A DNA stretch of 64,000 nucleotides from contig JAGORJ010000001.1 in NCBI GenBank assembly GCA_018062885.1, positions 151-64,150 on the forward strand. The letters are read 5' to 3'. Source of the stretch: Patescibacteria group bacterium (GTDB lineage: Bacteria; Patescibacteriota; Patescibacteriia; UBA1558; GWA2-36-10). The position numbers and the translations under genes are program-made. The notes beneath the pieces were generated by a model. The model did no database searches. It was given only the letters and a program-made list of their open reading frames with translations, and was not told the DNA's origin. This document shows positions 16,403 to 25,974 of the stretch, piece by piece; the first letter of the stretch is position 1, and every line of letters starts with the position of its first letter.

Positions 16403-19354
16403 ATGAAGAAAATAATCAGTGTTATTACTATCAGTAGTTTAATTTTCAGCGCCAGCATGAGCTATACTTTGCCAGCTTTGGCTATGGGTGTAGAAGTTGC
16501 AGAAAAAGGCGTTGATCTTATCTCTGATCAAATTAAAGAAAATATTAAGGATGGCCCTAGTGTGCCTGGCATCTCAGATTCTAGTGGCGCTAGCTCGTCT
16601 TCTAGTAAAAATAAGGCTAATGCGCGCAATCAAAGGCCTGTATTAGAAAGCATTGCTTTCAAAATGTCACCAGAACAAATGTCCGATGATCCAAGTGATT
16701 GGCAAACTTTGTATGGTAACTTAAGTAGAGGATTTTTTATTAATATTCCTACCAGTAGTTTTCATTATGGCTATCAGTTTATAAAAATCTCTGACAGTAG
16801 TGTAAATACTGGCATTGCCTCTGGCAGTCATCCTTTTACTTTGATTTCTGCTCCAGCTGCTTTTGATACTTATTATCAAGCCTCAGATCCGATGCATGCA
16901 ATCGCCAATGGTGAAGCGCCGATATTTTATATGCGCTCCCATGATGATAATTCATTGAGCTTGCTCAATGGTTTGAACAGTCAAAGACATTGGAGAATAG
17001 GTAGTACTTGGCCAGCTGGTGAGTACAGAGTTTCTGGTCGTTTGATGGGTGAAAATGGTTTAGACAGTGAGCCTATCATTATGTCATTTTTCATTTCTCA
17101 CAATGATGACAATGGTGATCATAATTATGTGCCTGAAACAGTTGTGGATAACTATACAGTAGCATCTGGCGCTTTACTAAATGTTAATGTAGCTAATGGC
17201 ATTTTATCTAATGATATTGATTTAGACGGTCCAGATGAATTAATAGCCTTAAGAACTAGTATTGTTGATGGTTTGGAGACTGAAGATTTATTGCACGGTA
17301 GATTTAATCTACGCGCCGACGGTAGTTTTGCTTACCAGTCAGTAGATGGTTTTGCTGGTACTGCGGTATTTTATTATCGAGCTTTTGATGGGCAAGATTC
17401 TTCTCGAACAACCATTGTGACTATCAATGTCACAGCTACAGACTCCAATCAAGAACCGATAGCAGTAGAAGATTCTTATACAGTACGATCTGGTTCTTTG
17501 TTAAATCTTACTGAAGATAATGGTGTTTTATCAAATGACATTGATTTAGATGGTCCAAATGATTTAACAGCTAAAAGAACTAGTATAGTTATTGGCATTG
17601 ATCCTATCCCAGATTTATTGCACGGTAAATTCACTTTCCGTTCAGATGGTAGCTTTGCTTACACATCAGTAGATGGTTTTGTCGGTGTAGCTAAATTTTG
17701 GTACAAAGCTTTTGATGGTGAAGATTATTCTCGAGCAACTTTAGTGACTATCAATGTCACAGCCTCAGACGCAAATCAAGCGCCATTGGCCGTCACAGAT
17801 TCTTATTCAGTACGATCTGGTTCTTTGTTAAATCTTACTGAAGATAATGGTGTTTTATCAAATGACATTGATTTAGATGGTCCAAATGATTTAACAGCTA
17901 AAAGAACTAGCATAGTTATTGGCATTGATCCTATCCCAGATTTATTGCACGGTAAATTCACTTTCCGTTCAGATGGTAGCTTTGCTTACACATCAGTAGA
18001 TGGTTTTGTCGGTGTAGCTAAATTTTGGTACAAAGCTTTTGATGGTGAAGATTATTCTCGAGCAACTTTAGTGACTATCAATGTCACAGCCTCAAGCTCA
18101 AATCAAGCGCCGGTAGCTGTAGCTGATACTTATGAAACTGTAAATAACAGTGACTTAAATGTTTCAGTTGCTAGTGGAGTTTTAGTAAATGATACAGACA
18201 ACGAGCATCAAGCTTTAAGAGCGGTTTTAAATACCACGGTGTCTAACGGTGTCTTGACTTTAAATTCAGATGGCTCGTTTAATTATAATGCCACTGATGG
18301 TTTTGTTGGTAATGATGTCTTTACTTATCGTGCTTTTGATGGCGCTTTGTACTCAGAGATTGTTAATGTGAGCATCAATGTCACAGCTCCATCAAGTGGT
18401 GGTGGCGGCGGAGGAGGCGGCGGCGGATCTACACGTAATCCTCGTAATGCCAATATTGTCATCAACAATAACGCCGTTTCTACCAATACTGTTTCGGTCA
18501 ATTTGACTTTATCAGCTGACAATATGATCGCTACTTATGCACCTTTAGAAATGCGTATTAGTAATTTTTCCAACTTTAATAACGCTTCTTGGCGTCCTTA
18601 TGCCACAACTACTTCTTGGACTTTATTGAGTGGTAATGGCAACAAAACTGTGTATGCTCAGTTCAAAAATAAAAGAGGTGTAAGCAGCAATGTTTCTGAC
18701 AGTATTCAGCTTATCGCTGGTCAAGTTTTGGGCGACAGAGATTGTAGTGGAGTTGGCGGTAGTTTGTTCTCTTTGTTAAATCGTAAAGATGCAACTGTTT
18801 ATTATATCAGCTCAGATTGTAAAAAACACGCTTTCCCTGATCCAAAAACTTATTACACTTGGTATAATGATTTTAGCAAGGTTGTTAAAGTGACACCTAG
18901 TGAATTAGATTTATATTTAGAAGGTAATGTTATCTCTTATCGTCCAGGTATCAAGCTGGTGAAAACAGTGGATACAAATAGAGTTTATGCCGTTGAGCCT
19001 GATGGCGTTTTGCGTCATATCACTTCTCCAGCTATGGCTAGAGCTTTATATGGTGATAATTGGCAAAATTTAGTACAAGATGTTATCACTGGTTATTTTG
19101 CTACTACCTATACTAAAGGATCTTCTTTGAATGATTTATTACCTACAGGTACTTTAGCTAAAGAGCCTGATAATGATACTATCTACTATGTCCAAAATGG
19201 TCAGAAGCGTCCTTTCTCTAGCTTGGCTGCCTTTAATGCCAACTATTTCCGTATGAAAGATGTGATAATTAAAAATAGTTTAGCAAATTATGGCGTGGGT
19301 TCTACTATTAATCGTTTTGATGCTTCATTGTTGCCTTACCCATTGATTAACTAA
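16403..19354 (+). CDS. Secreted 983-aa surface adhesin-like protein with 5 tandem about 100-aa Ig-like/cadherin-like ('tandem-95' type) repeats, poly-Gly linker and C-terminal repeated module
   Basis: Signal peptide; repeats of V-x-D-x-Y-x-V...GVLSNDIDLDGP...GSFAY-x-SVDGF-x-G...AFDG...INVTA; GGGGGGGGGG at aa 666-675. Confidence 0.75.
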   Translation: MKKIISVITISSLIFSASMSYTLPALAMGVEVAEKGVDLISDQIKENIKDGPSVPGISDSSGASSSSSKNKANARNQRPVLESIAFKMSPEQMSDDPSDWQTLYGNLSRGFFINIPTSSFHYGYQFIKISDSSVNTGIASGSHPFTLISAPAAFDTYYQASDPMHAIANGEAPIFYMRSHDDNSLSLLNGLNSQRHWRIGSTWPAGEYRVSGRLMGENGLDSEPIIMSFFISHNDDNGDHNYVPETVVDNYTVASGALLNVNVANGILSNDIDLDGPDELIALRTSIVDGLETEDLLHGRFNLRADGSFAYQSVDGFAGTAVFYYRAFDGQDSSRTTIVTINVTATDSNQEPIAVEDSYTVRSGSLLNLTEDNGVLSNDIDLDGPNDLTAKRTSIVIGIDPIPDLLHGKFTFRSDGSFAYTSVDGFVGVAKFWYKAFDGEDYSRATLVTINVTASDANQAPLAVTDSYSVRSGSLLNLTEDNGVLSNDIDLDGPNDLTAKRTSIVIGIDPIPDLLHGKFTFRSDGSFAYTSVDGFVGVAKFWYKAFDGEDYSRATLVTINVTASSSNQAPVAVADTYETVNNSDLNVSVASGVLVNDTDNEHQALRAVLNTTVSNGVLTLNSDGSFNYNATDGFVGNDVFTYRAFDGALYSEIVNVSINVTAPSSGGGGGGGGGGSTRNPRNANIVINNNAVSTNTVSVNLTLSADNMIATYAPLEMRISNFSNFNNASWRPYATTTSWTLLSGNGNKTVYAQFKNKRGVSSNVSDSIQLIAGQVLGDRDCSGVGGSLFSLLNRKDATVYYISSDCKKHAFPDPKTYYTWYNDFSKVVKVTPSELDLYLEGNVISYRPGIKLVKTVDTNRVYAVEPDGVLRHITSPAMARALYGDNWQNLVQDVITGYFATTYTKGSSLNDLLPTGTLAKEPDNDTIYYVQNGQKRPFSSLAAFNANYFRMKDVIIKNSLANYGVGSTINRFDASLLPYPLIN
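17471..18094 (+). repeat. Near-identical tandem direct DNA repeat, period 327 bp, two copies, inside the adhesin gene
   Basis: 17471-17767 and 17798-18094 differ at only a few positions and encode identical 99-aa Ig-like modules. Confidence 0.8.
18398..18427 (+). repeat. (GGN)10 simple-sequence tract encoding Gly10
   Basis: ggtggtggcggcggaggaggcggcggcgga in frame with the adhesin. Confidence 0.8.
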
Positions 19355-19369
19355 AAATTATAATGCAAA

Positions 19370-19410
19370 TAAAAAAACTTCCAAGCTATTTAGTTTGGAA
19401 GTTTTTTATT
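19370..19410. terminator. Bidirectional terminator between adhesin (+) and dus (-)
   Basis: acttccaa / ttggaagt 8-bp stem flanked by A-run and T-run. Confidence 0.6.
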
Positions 19411-20380
19411 CTAAAGATTTAAATATTTTTTCTACCTGCTTTGGATTTTCTACGGCGACCAAAAGTTTTCTTAGATTGCTAGCATCAGGACGGCCTTTGA
19501 CGTAAAACAATAAATGTTTACGCATTTCTCTGAAACCACTAGCGCCTTTGTTTTCATAAAGTAATTCAGCATGTGTGATAGCGGTTTTTTGAATTTCTGG
19601 CCAAGTGATTTCTTGGTAAGTTCCGGTACTAATATAGTCTTTGATTTGTTTAAAGAGCCACGGCTGTCCATAAAGAGCTCGAGACAGAGCAATGCCGTCA
19701 GCTTGAGTATAGCGTAGGTCATCAACGACAGACTCAATCGTTTGAAAAGAACCGTTAATCAAGAAAACACCAGTCTTGAAGGCTTGTTTTGCTTCTTTTA
19801 GAGTCTCCAAGTTGACTGGTCCGGTAAATGGTTTTTCGTAAGTACGACCATGAATGATCATCGCTTTGACTGGTAAATCACTAAGTGTCTTAATAAAGTC
19901 AAAAACTGTGATTTGACCTTGTTCAGGTTGACCTTGAATAGCATTGAGACCCAGTCTGCTTTTGACAGAGACTGGTAAATCAACTGCTTCTATGGTAGTG
20001 GCTACTATTTTTTTGACAGTATCCAAGTCTCTCAAAAGGCAAATGCCGCCACCGTGTCCAGCTACTTTTTTGGCTGGACAGCCAAAGTTGATATCAATAC
20101 CGGCTATGCCTAGAGATTCGACGACTTTGGCAGCTTTTGGGTACATATCAACTCTTTTGCCAAACAATTGCACTACTACTGGCTGTTCAGCGGCCGCGTA
20201 TTCAATCATTTTGAGGGTTTTTTTGCTATTATAATTTAGCGCCTCAGCTGAGACAAACTCGGTGTGAACGACATCAGCTCCCCACATTTTACAAATTTGG
20301 CGCCAAGCCGAATCAGTGATGCCGGCCATAGGCGTCATCGAAATGATTGGTTTATTTAGTTGTTCCCAAAAATTGTTCAT
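19406..20380 (-). CDS. dus: tRNA-dihydrouridine synthase
   Basis: MTPMAGITDSAWRQICKMWGADVVHTEFVSAEAL N-terminal FMN/TIM-barrel region; HGRTYE and conserved Cys (FGCPAKKV). Confidence 0.85.
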   Translation of the reverse strand: MNNFWEQLNKPIISMTPMAGITDSAWRQICKMWGADVVHTEFVSAEALNYNSKKTLKMIEYAAAEQPVVVQLFGKRVDMYPKAAKVVESLGIAGIDINFGCPAKKVAGHGGGICLLRDLDTVKKIVATTIEAVDLPVSVKSRLGLNAIQGQPEQGQITVFDFIKTLSDLPVKAMIIHGRTYEKPFTGPVNLETLKEAKQAFKTGVFLINGSFQTIESVVDDLRYTQADGIALSRALYGQPWLFKQIKDYISTGTYQEITWPEIQKTAITHAELLYENKGASGFREMRKHLLFYVKGRPDASNLRKLLVAVENPKQVEKIFKSLE

Positions 20381-20449
20381 GGCAATTGGATTATTAAAAC
20401 TCCATATTTTATGGAGTTATAACATAGATTTGAAATTTTGTAAAAGCCT

Positions 20450-21370
20450 TTAGAGCCAGCCCTTTTTACGGAAAAATATCAAGAAAGACATAATCATACA
20501 AATCATGATGCTAAGTATGATAAAAAAATCATAAGGCCCATTAACTAGGGGCATTTGTTTAGCATTCATACCAAAGATAGAAGCGATGAGGTTGGCAGGG
20601 ATAATGACCACAGAAATGACAGTCAAAATTTTCATGATGTCATTGGTTTTGTTGGTGATCAATGATTCATTGGTTTCTTGAAAGGCATTGATATTTTCTT
20701 TTTGAGTTTCCAAGATATCCCAAATATCTTTGGTGCGGTCTAAAATATTGCTAAAATAAAGATTGGTTTGGTCTGGCATAAAAAATCTATTTTTAGCATC
20801 CATCAATTTTTTGATGATATTTTTATGCGCTTGCATAATTTTACGCAAGTTGACAATGTTTCTTTTGATGTTGAGGATTTCTCTGACTACTTTTTGTTCC
20901 TCGCCTTTAAAGATTCTTTTTTCTACATCTTCAATGTCTTCTGAAACATGGTCAAGCATGGGCAGAGTGTGTGTTTGTAAGCGGTGTAAGATTTCGTATA
21001 CCAAGTTGACTTGAAAGCCTGACATGTACAGGTCTTGACTTTGAATATTGTTTTGTAGCTCTTGGAAAAAATCATTGACCACTGGATTTAAGCCATCGCT
21101 GAAAGTGATGACATATTTTGCGCCCACAAAAAAATCAATCTCACTTGATTCTATTTCTTTAGTGTGGCGGTTATAAACCGGAAAAGTCAAAATAAAAAAT
21201 AAGTAATTGTGATATTGACTGATTTGTGGTCTTTGGACTCTGACCAAACAATCTTCTAAGTCTAATTTGTGAAATTTGTATTCATCACCAATAAACTCAA
21301 TCTCTTTACGAGTTGCTTTGTGAATATGAGTCCAAGATATTTTTTTTGTTTTTATTTTTTGTACTGACAT
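20450..21370 (-). CDS. corA: CorA-family Mg2+/Co2+ transporter
   Basis: Two C-terminal TM helices with the GMN signature (IFGMNAKQMP). Confidence 0.8.
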   Translation of the reverse strand: MSVQKIKTKKISWTHIHKATRKEIEFIGDEYKFHKLDLEDCLVRVQRPQISQYHNYLFFILTFPVYNRHTKEIESSEIDFFVGAKYVITFSDGLNPVVNDFFQELQNNIQSQDLYMSGFQVNLVYEILHRLQTHTLPMLDHVSEDIEDVEKRIFKGEEQKVVREILNIKRNIVNLRKIMQAHKNIIKKLMDAKNRFFMPDQTNLYFSNILDRTKDIWDILETQKENINAFQETNESLITNKTNDIMKILTVISVVIIPANLIASIFGMNAKQMPLVNGPYDFFIILSIMICMIMSFLIFFRKKGWL

Positions 21371-21382
21371 AATTTTTGAGTG

Positions 21383-21411
21383 AAATACTATATCATTATA
21401 GTATTTTTTTT
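21383..21411. promoter_or_regulatory. Perfect 10-bp-arm palindrome in the corA/ftsB divergent region
   Basis: aaatactata-tcat-tatagtattt followed by a T-run; possible operator or attenuator. Confidence 0.3.
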
Positions 21412-21490
21412 TGAATTAGTAAATTGCAAAATAGCTTTTGGAAAAAATAGTTGATTTATGTTATAATTATTTTGCTTAAATTATTTTTAG

Positions 21491-21871
21491 ATGAGAGATA
21501 GACAGACGGGATCAATTTGGCGCAGTATTTATAACTCTAATATTTTTATTAGTGTTTTGTTGGTGATTTTGATCTTATCTATTTTGAAAGTCGGCAAAGA
21601 ATTAGCCAGACGACATCAGATAAATAAAGAGATTAATTATTTAAACCAACAATTAGCCGAAGCTCAGCTTAATCGTGATAAGCTACAAGATTTGATTTCA
21701 TATTTGGAAAGTGATCAATACGTAGAGGAGCAAGCTCGTTCTCAGCTAAACCTAAGTAAACCAGGTGAAAAAAGAGTTGATTTGTCTCTAGCACCAGAAA
21801 CTTTAGCGAGTCAGGAAGCTACTGATGATAGATCAAATGCCAAAAAATGGTTTGCTTATTTTTTTAAATAG
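21491..21871 (+). CDS. ftsB: Septum formation initiator (FtsB/DivIC family)
   Basis: N-terminal TM helix, then coiled coil LNQQLAEAQLNRDKLQDLISYLESDQYVEEQARSQLNL typical of FtsB/DivIC. Confidence 0.65.
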   Translation: MRDRQTGSIWRSIYNSNIFISVLLVILILSILKVGKELARRHQINKEINYLNQQLAEAQLNRDKLQDLISYLESDQYVEEQARSQLNLSKPGEKRVDLSLAPETLASQEATDDRSNAKKWFAYFFK

Positions 21872-21889
21872 TTTTTAAGGTATCATTGC

Positions 21890-22759
21890 ATGAAAAAGAA
21901 ATTGATTTTAGCTGCTAGTATATTGGGTTTTTTACTTTTGCTTTCTTGGTTGAGCTCTATTTTGATTTTACAAAATAAATTACCTCTCAATGTAGCGATG
22001 CTTTTGAGTCGTTTTTATAATATCAAAGCCGCTGAGGTAGTGGAGCAAAATAATACCTACCCAGTTTATTTGGCTGATTATTTGAGACATCGCACTTCAC
22101 TGGAGAGTTTCAGTAAAAATTTTACTAGCACCGAAGAAGTCAATATAGATGATTTAGCTTGGCAGGGTGTTGTCAGGGATTTGTGGGTAAATAATTTGGC
22201 TAAAAATTTTAAAATTGAAGTCGCAGATTCTGAAATAGAAGAGTATTTGCAGTTTACTTTTAGTGTGGAAGACTCAGCTAAATTAGCTGAATTTGCCAAA
22301 AATGATTATAATCTTTCTCTCAAAGATTTTAAAAACAAAGTTATCCGACAGTATTTACTGGAGATGAAGGTTTATCAGAAATTGTTGGAAAACTACAATG
22401 ACAAAGAAGGTATCACCAAAGCGCAAGACGCTTATGCGGAGCTAGAAGCTGGCACAGATTTTGCCGAAGTTGCGCAAAAATATTCTTCAAGTCCAAACAG
22501 TGCGGAAACAAGTATTTGGGTCAAAGAGTCTGAGTGGTCTGATTTTTATGAGCCAATCAAAGACTTGTCTATTGGAGACTTTAGTAAAATTGTGATCACG
22601 CCTGGTGCTTATGTTATTTGGCGTTTAGAAAATACTTTGACTGATGAGAACAATGAAAAAGCTTGGGAACTTAAATCAATTATTATAGACGCTAAACTGA
22701 TGGATGATTTCTTTCAGCAATACTTTACTATTATTCGTATTAACAAATTTTACCAATGA
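21890..22759 (+). CDS. Membrane-anchored SurA/PrsA-like protein with degenerate PpiC-type (parvulin) domain
   Basis: N-terminal TM; C-terminal AQDAYAELEAGTDFAEVAQKYSSSP...IGDFSKIVITPGAYVIWRLEN resembles parvulin fold but lacks some catalytic residues. Confidence 0.45.
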   Translation: MKKKLILAASILGFLLLLSWLSSILILQNKLPLNVAMLLSRFYNIKAAEVVEQNNTYPVYLADYLRHRTSLESFSKNFTSTEEVNIDDLAWQGVVRDLWVNNLAKNFKIEVADSEIEEYLQFTFSVEDSAKLAEFAKNDYNLSLKDFKNKVIRQYLLEMKVYQKLLENYNDKEGITKAQDAYAELEAGTDFAEVAQKYSSSPNSAETSIWVKESEWSDFYEPIKDLSIGDFSKIVITPGAYVIWRLENTLTDENNEKAWELKSIIIDAKLMDDFFQQYFTIIRINKFYQ

Positions 22760-23775
22760 AAAAATATTTATTTATCTTAATTTTGCTTTTTTTCTTTAGT
22801 TTTGGCTTTAAAGTTGAAGCCAAGATTGTGCCTTTTACTAGTGACCAAACCGTGGTCAATTTGACTGATGATTTGCAACTAGAAATTATCAATATTGATA
22901 AGACTAGTAAAAATTGGGTGCTTGATTTGAGTGAGCAGGCAGAGACAAATACTTGGGCTTTACAGATCTATCCTAGTCAAAAAGCGTTAGAATATAAGCT
23001 AGTCGCCAAAAACGCTCAAGCGTTGACTTATCGTAATTTTGATAATACTGGAGATTGGAAATCCCAAACTTTATTAAAAGATAAAAAAGTTTTAGTTAAA
23101 CTTTCAGAAAGCAGTACTACTACAAGTCCTGAAATTTTGACGCCAGATAATTTGCTAGAGCTAGATAATCGGACTTTTAGCAAAAGCTCTAAATCAGATG
23201 ATAATTTAGTTTTAGTTGAGAGTTCACAAACACTTGAGGTTGCTAAAGCGATGGCGCCTTTGGAGCAGGAAAATTTGCTGAGAATTTCAAAACTTTATCA
23301 AATCAAGACTAGTGGTGATTATAATCTCAAGTTTTTTTATACGGAAAATGATTTTAGAGCTAAGGATATTTATTATTATGACCTTAGCCAACAAATGTGG
23401 ATAAAGTTAGACGGCTACAATGATGTCAAAGAAAAATTTATCAAAGCAGAATTAAGATTAGCTCAAGAAAATCTGATAGTGGCAATTTTTGCCAACCCCG
23501 CTCAACAAGATGGTATAGCAAGCTACTATGATCAAAGTCGTTATAAGTATTTTAATTATCAAAATGGTAATTTTGCTGCCTCAAGAGATTATCCAAAGGG
23601 CACAAAATTAAAAGTGACCAGACTCAAAACTGGTCAATCAATCATTGTCCAGGTCAATGACTATGGCCCAGAGTTACAAACTGGCCGTGTTATTGATTTA
23701 GACACTTCAGCTTTCAAGCAATTAAGCTCTTTGGGGGCTGGTTTAATTTATGTCAAAGTAGAACTTTATGATTGA
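22756..23775 (+). CDS. Secreted RlpA-like double-psi beta-barrel (DPBB) protein
   Basis: Signal peptide; C-terminal GIASYYDQ...GNFAASRDYPKGTKLKVTRLKTGQSIIVQVNDYGP matches the RlpA/DPBB lytic transglycosylase-like domain. Confidence 0.7.
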   Translation: MKKYLFILILLFFFSFGFKVEAKIVPFTSDQTVVNLTDDLQLEIINIDKTSKNWVLDLSEQAETNTWALQIYPSQKALEYKLVAKNAQALTYRNFDNTGDWKSQTLLKDKKVLVKLSESSTTTSPEILTPDNLLELDNRTFSKSSKSDDNLVLVESSQTLEVAKAMAPLEQENLLRISKLYQIKTSGDYNLKFFYTENDFRAKDIYYYDLSQQMWIKLDGYNDVKEKFIKAELRLAQENLIVAIFANPAQQDGIASYYDQSRYKYFNYQNGNFAASRDYPKGTKLKVTRLKTGQSIIVQVNDYGPELQTGRVIDLDTSAFKQLSSLGAGLIYVKVELYD

Positions 23776-24448
23776 AGTAATTGGTTTATCTAAAAAATAC
23801 GGCAAATCTACCCAGGCTTTGAAAGATGTCAATTTTCATATTGAGCCAGGGGAGTTTGTTTCTATTGTCGGTCAAAGTGGTTCAGGAAAATCTACTTTGA
23901 TAAAAATTATCATTGCTGAAGAAAAAGCCGATCAAGGCCAAGTGATTATCGGTGGCTGGGACATCACTCATCTTAAAGAAGGCGAAGTTCCAACTTTGAG
24001 ACGACAATTAGGTGTTATTTTTCAAGATTATAAACTTTTGGCTAGAAAAACTGTTTTTGAGAATGTTTCTTTTGCCATGCAAGCTTGTGGTTTCACACAA
24101 AAAGATATCCAAAAAACGGTGCATCAAATGTTGGCTTTGGTAGGCCTAAAAGACAAAGAAAAGAGATATCCACATCAGTTATCAGGTGGAGAGCAACAGC
24201 GAGTAGCGATTGCCAGGAGTCTAGTACACAAACCAAAGCTTTTGGTAGCTGATGAGCCGACGGGAAACCTAGACTCTATCAATACTAGAGAGATTATTGA
24301 TCTATTGAAAAAAATTAATAACTTGGGCACTACTATTTTTCTAGTGACTCACAACAAAGATGTGGTCAATAGCTTAAAAGGCAGAGTTATTACTTTGGAC
24401 AATGGTGTGTTGATTTCTGATCAGAGTCAAGGACGCTATTTATTATAA
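23768..24448 (+). CDS. ftsE: Cell-division ABC transporter ATP-binding protein FtsE
   Basis: Walker [10 protein letters not shown], signature [15 protein letters not shown], Walker [13 protein letters not shown]; followed by ftsX. Confidence 0.9.
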   Translation: MIEVIGLSKKYGKSTQALKDVNFHIEPGEFVSIVGQSGSGKSTLIKIIIAEEKADQGQVIIGGWDITHLKEGEVPTLRRQLGVIFQDYKLLARKTVFENVSFAMQACGFTQKDIQKTVHQMLALVGLKDKEKRYPHQLSGGEQQRVAIARSLVHKPKLLVADEPTGNLDSINTREIIDLLKKINNLGTTIFLVTHNKDVVNSLKGRVITLDNGVLISDQSQGRYLL

Positions 24449-24461
24449 AAAATAAAAATAT

Positions 24462-25379
24462 ATGATAAGTTTTTTTCGTGTTATCAAGTTTGCTTTCCAA
24501 GGATTCTTTCGGAATTTTTGGCTTTCTTTGGTGACTATCACGATGATGTTGATGGCTTTGTTTTCAACTACCTTGCTGATTGGTATAGACTATATCAAAA
24601 ATGCTACTTTAGAAGGGGTAAATAAAAAAGTAGACATCTTGGTTTCCATGAAAGCCAAAGTTGATAGAGAAGATGTGGAGCTACTAGCTGCTGATTTAGG
24701 TCTTTTGACGGAAGTGAAAAAAGTGACCATCATCACACCGGAAGAAAATAAATTTCTTTATGAGCAGTCCAATCTAGACGAGCAAGCTAAGCAGGTTTTG
24801 GAAATTTTTACTCCTGACGAAAATCCTTTTAGTTTTTCTTTAGCGGTTCAGGCAAATAACTTATCTCAATATGACACTATTTTAGAATTTATCAATCAAG
24901 ATAAATACAAGGCCTTTGTAGATAATAGTGACTTCAATGATTTTGACACTTTTGTCGCCAAGATAGAAAATTTTTCTAAAGTAATAAACAAATACAGTTG
25001 GTATTTGATCGCTGCCTTTTTGCTGATTTCTATTGTGGTGATTTTTAATACGATTCGTATCAGTATCTATAGTCGTAAAGAAGAGGTGCAAATTATGAAG
25101 CTAGTTGGTGCTAGTAATTGGTTTATCAAAACACCTTTTGTTTTGGAAAGTATTTTATATGCTTTAGTTTCAGTGGTGCTTTTGATTCTTATCGTTTATC
25201 CGATTATCAATTTTATTCAGCCATCTTTGACAGCCTATTTCCAGGATGTCAATGTGATTAATTTGCTTGATTTTTTCCGCTCTAATTTTTTGAATATTTT
25301 TGGTTTGCAATTTTTGGTTTTAGCCTTGGTCAATATGTTGAGTACTATCATTGCTATCCGAAAATATCTCCGTATCTGA
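24462..25379 (+). CDS. ftsX: Cell-division ABC transporter permease FtsX
   Basis: 4 TM topology with large first extracytoplasmic loop; adjacent to ftsE. Confidence 0.8.
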   Translation: MISFFRVIKFAFQGFFRNFWLSLVTITMMLMALFSTTLLIGIDYIKNATLEGVNKKVDILVSMKAKVDREDVELLAADLGLLTEVKKVTIITPEENKFLYEQSNLDEQAKQVLEIFTPDENPFSFSLAVQANNLSQYDTILEFINQDKYKAFVDNSDFNDFDTFVAKIENFSKVINKYSWYLIAAFLLISIVVIFNTIRISIYSRKEEVQIMKLVGASNWFIKTPFVLESILYALVSVVLLILIVYPIINFIQPSLTAYFQDVNVINLLDFFRSNFLNIFGLQFLVLALVNMLSTIIAIRKYLRI

Positions 25380-25403
25380 TAAAATATTATTTTATTTTTA
25401 GAT

Positions 25404-25440
25404 TAAAAAATACCACCCCATAAAGGGTGGTATTTAAATT
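25404..25440. terminator. Bidirectional terminator between ftsX (+) and rpmA (-)
   Basis: ataccaccc-ataaa-gggtggtat perfect 9-bp stem with flanking A/T runs. Confidence 0.55.
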
Positions 25441-25446
25441 AAAGGA

Positions 25447-25734
25447 TTATTTTTGCTCTAGTGGTTGAACATCTATAAATCTAGTTTCTTTGAGGGAGCC
25501 ATCAAATTTTCTTTTTTTGATTTTTCTGAATTTTATCCAACCAGAAATAGTAGCAAACAATGTGTCATCAACGCCTTTTTTGACATTTAGACCAGCATTA
25601 AATCTACTTCCTCTTTGTCTGACTAAAATATTACCGGCTTTTGCAAATTGGCCAGCAAATAATTTGACTCCTAAACGTTGACTGGCTGAATCGCGACCTA
25701 AACTGGTAGATCCGCCTGCTTTCTTATGTGCCAT
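25447..25734 (-). CDS. rpmA: 50S ribosomal protein L27
   Basis: [29 protein letters not shown]...[11 protein letters not shown]. Confidence 0.9.
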   Translation of the reverse strand: MAHKKAGGSTSLGRDSASQRLGVKLFAGQFAKAGNILVRQRGSRFNAGLNVKKGVDDTLFATISGWIKFRKIKKRKFDGSLKETRFIDVQPLEQK

Positions 25735-25974
25735 ATGATCTTTTTAATGATTTACCTAAATTTAATAAAAGTATCAGTATAATAGCTAATTTTTTCATTT
25801 ATGTCAATAGCCCAAAGCTTTTTTAGAGCATGTCTAATTTGCGGTGTCGGCTTAGGAGGCGGTATTTGCTTTTTGCGCATATTTTCTGGTAATAACGGCT
25901 AATAATACCATGTTTGAGTAAAGGAATGTTGCGGTACCATATTTTTATTTGACGAATTTTTGACATAGTATTGT

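Noticed and set aside
18325-18522. Minus-strand 65-aa ORF with poly-Pro run
   Set aside because: Reverse-complement reading of the (GGN)10 tract inside the adhesin gene; not a gene.
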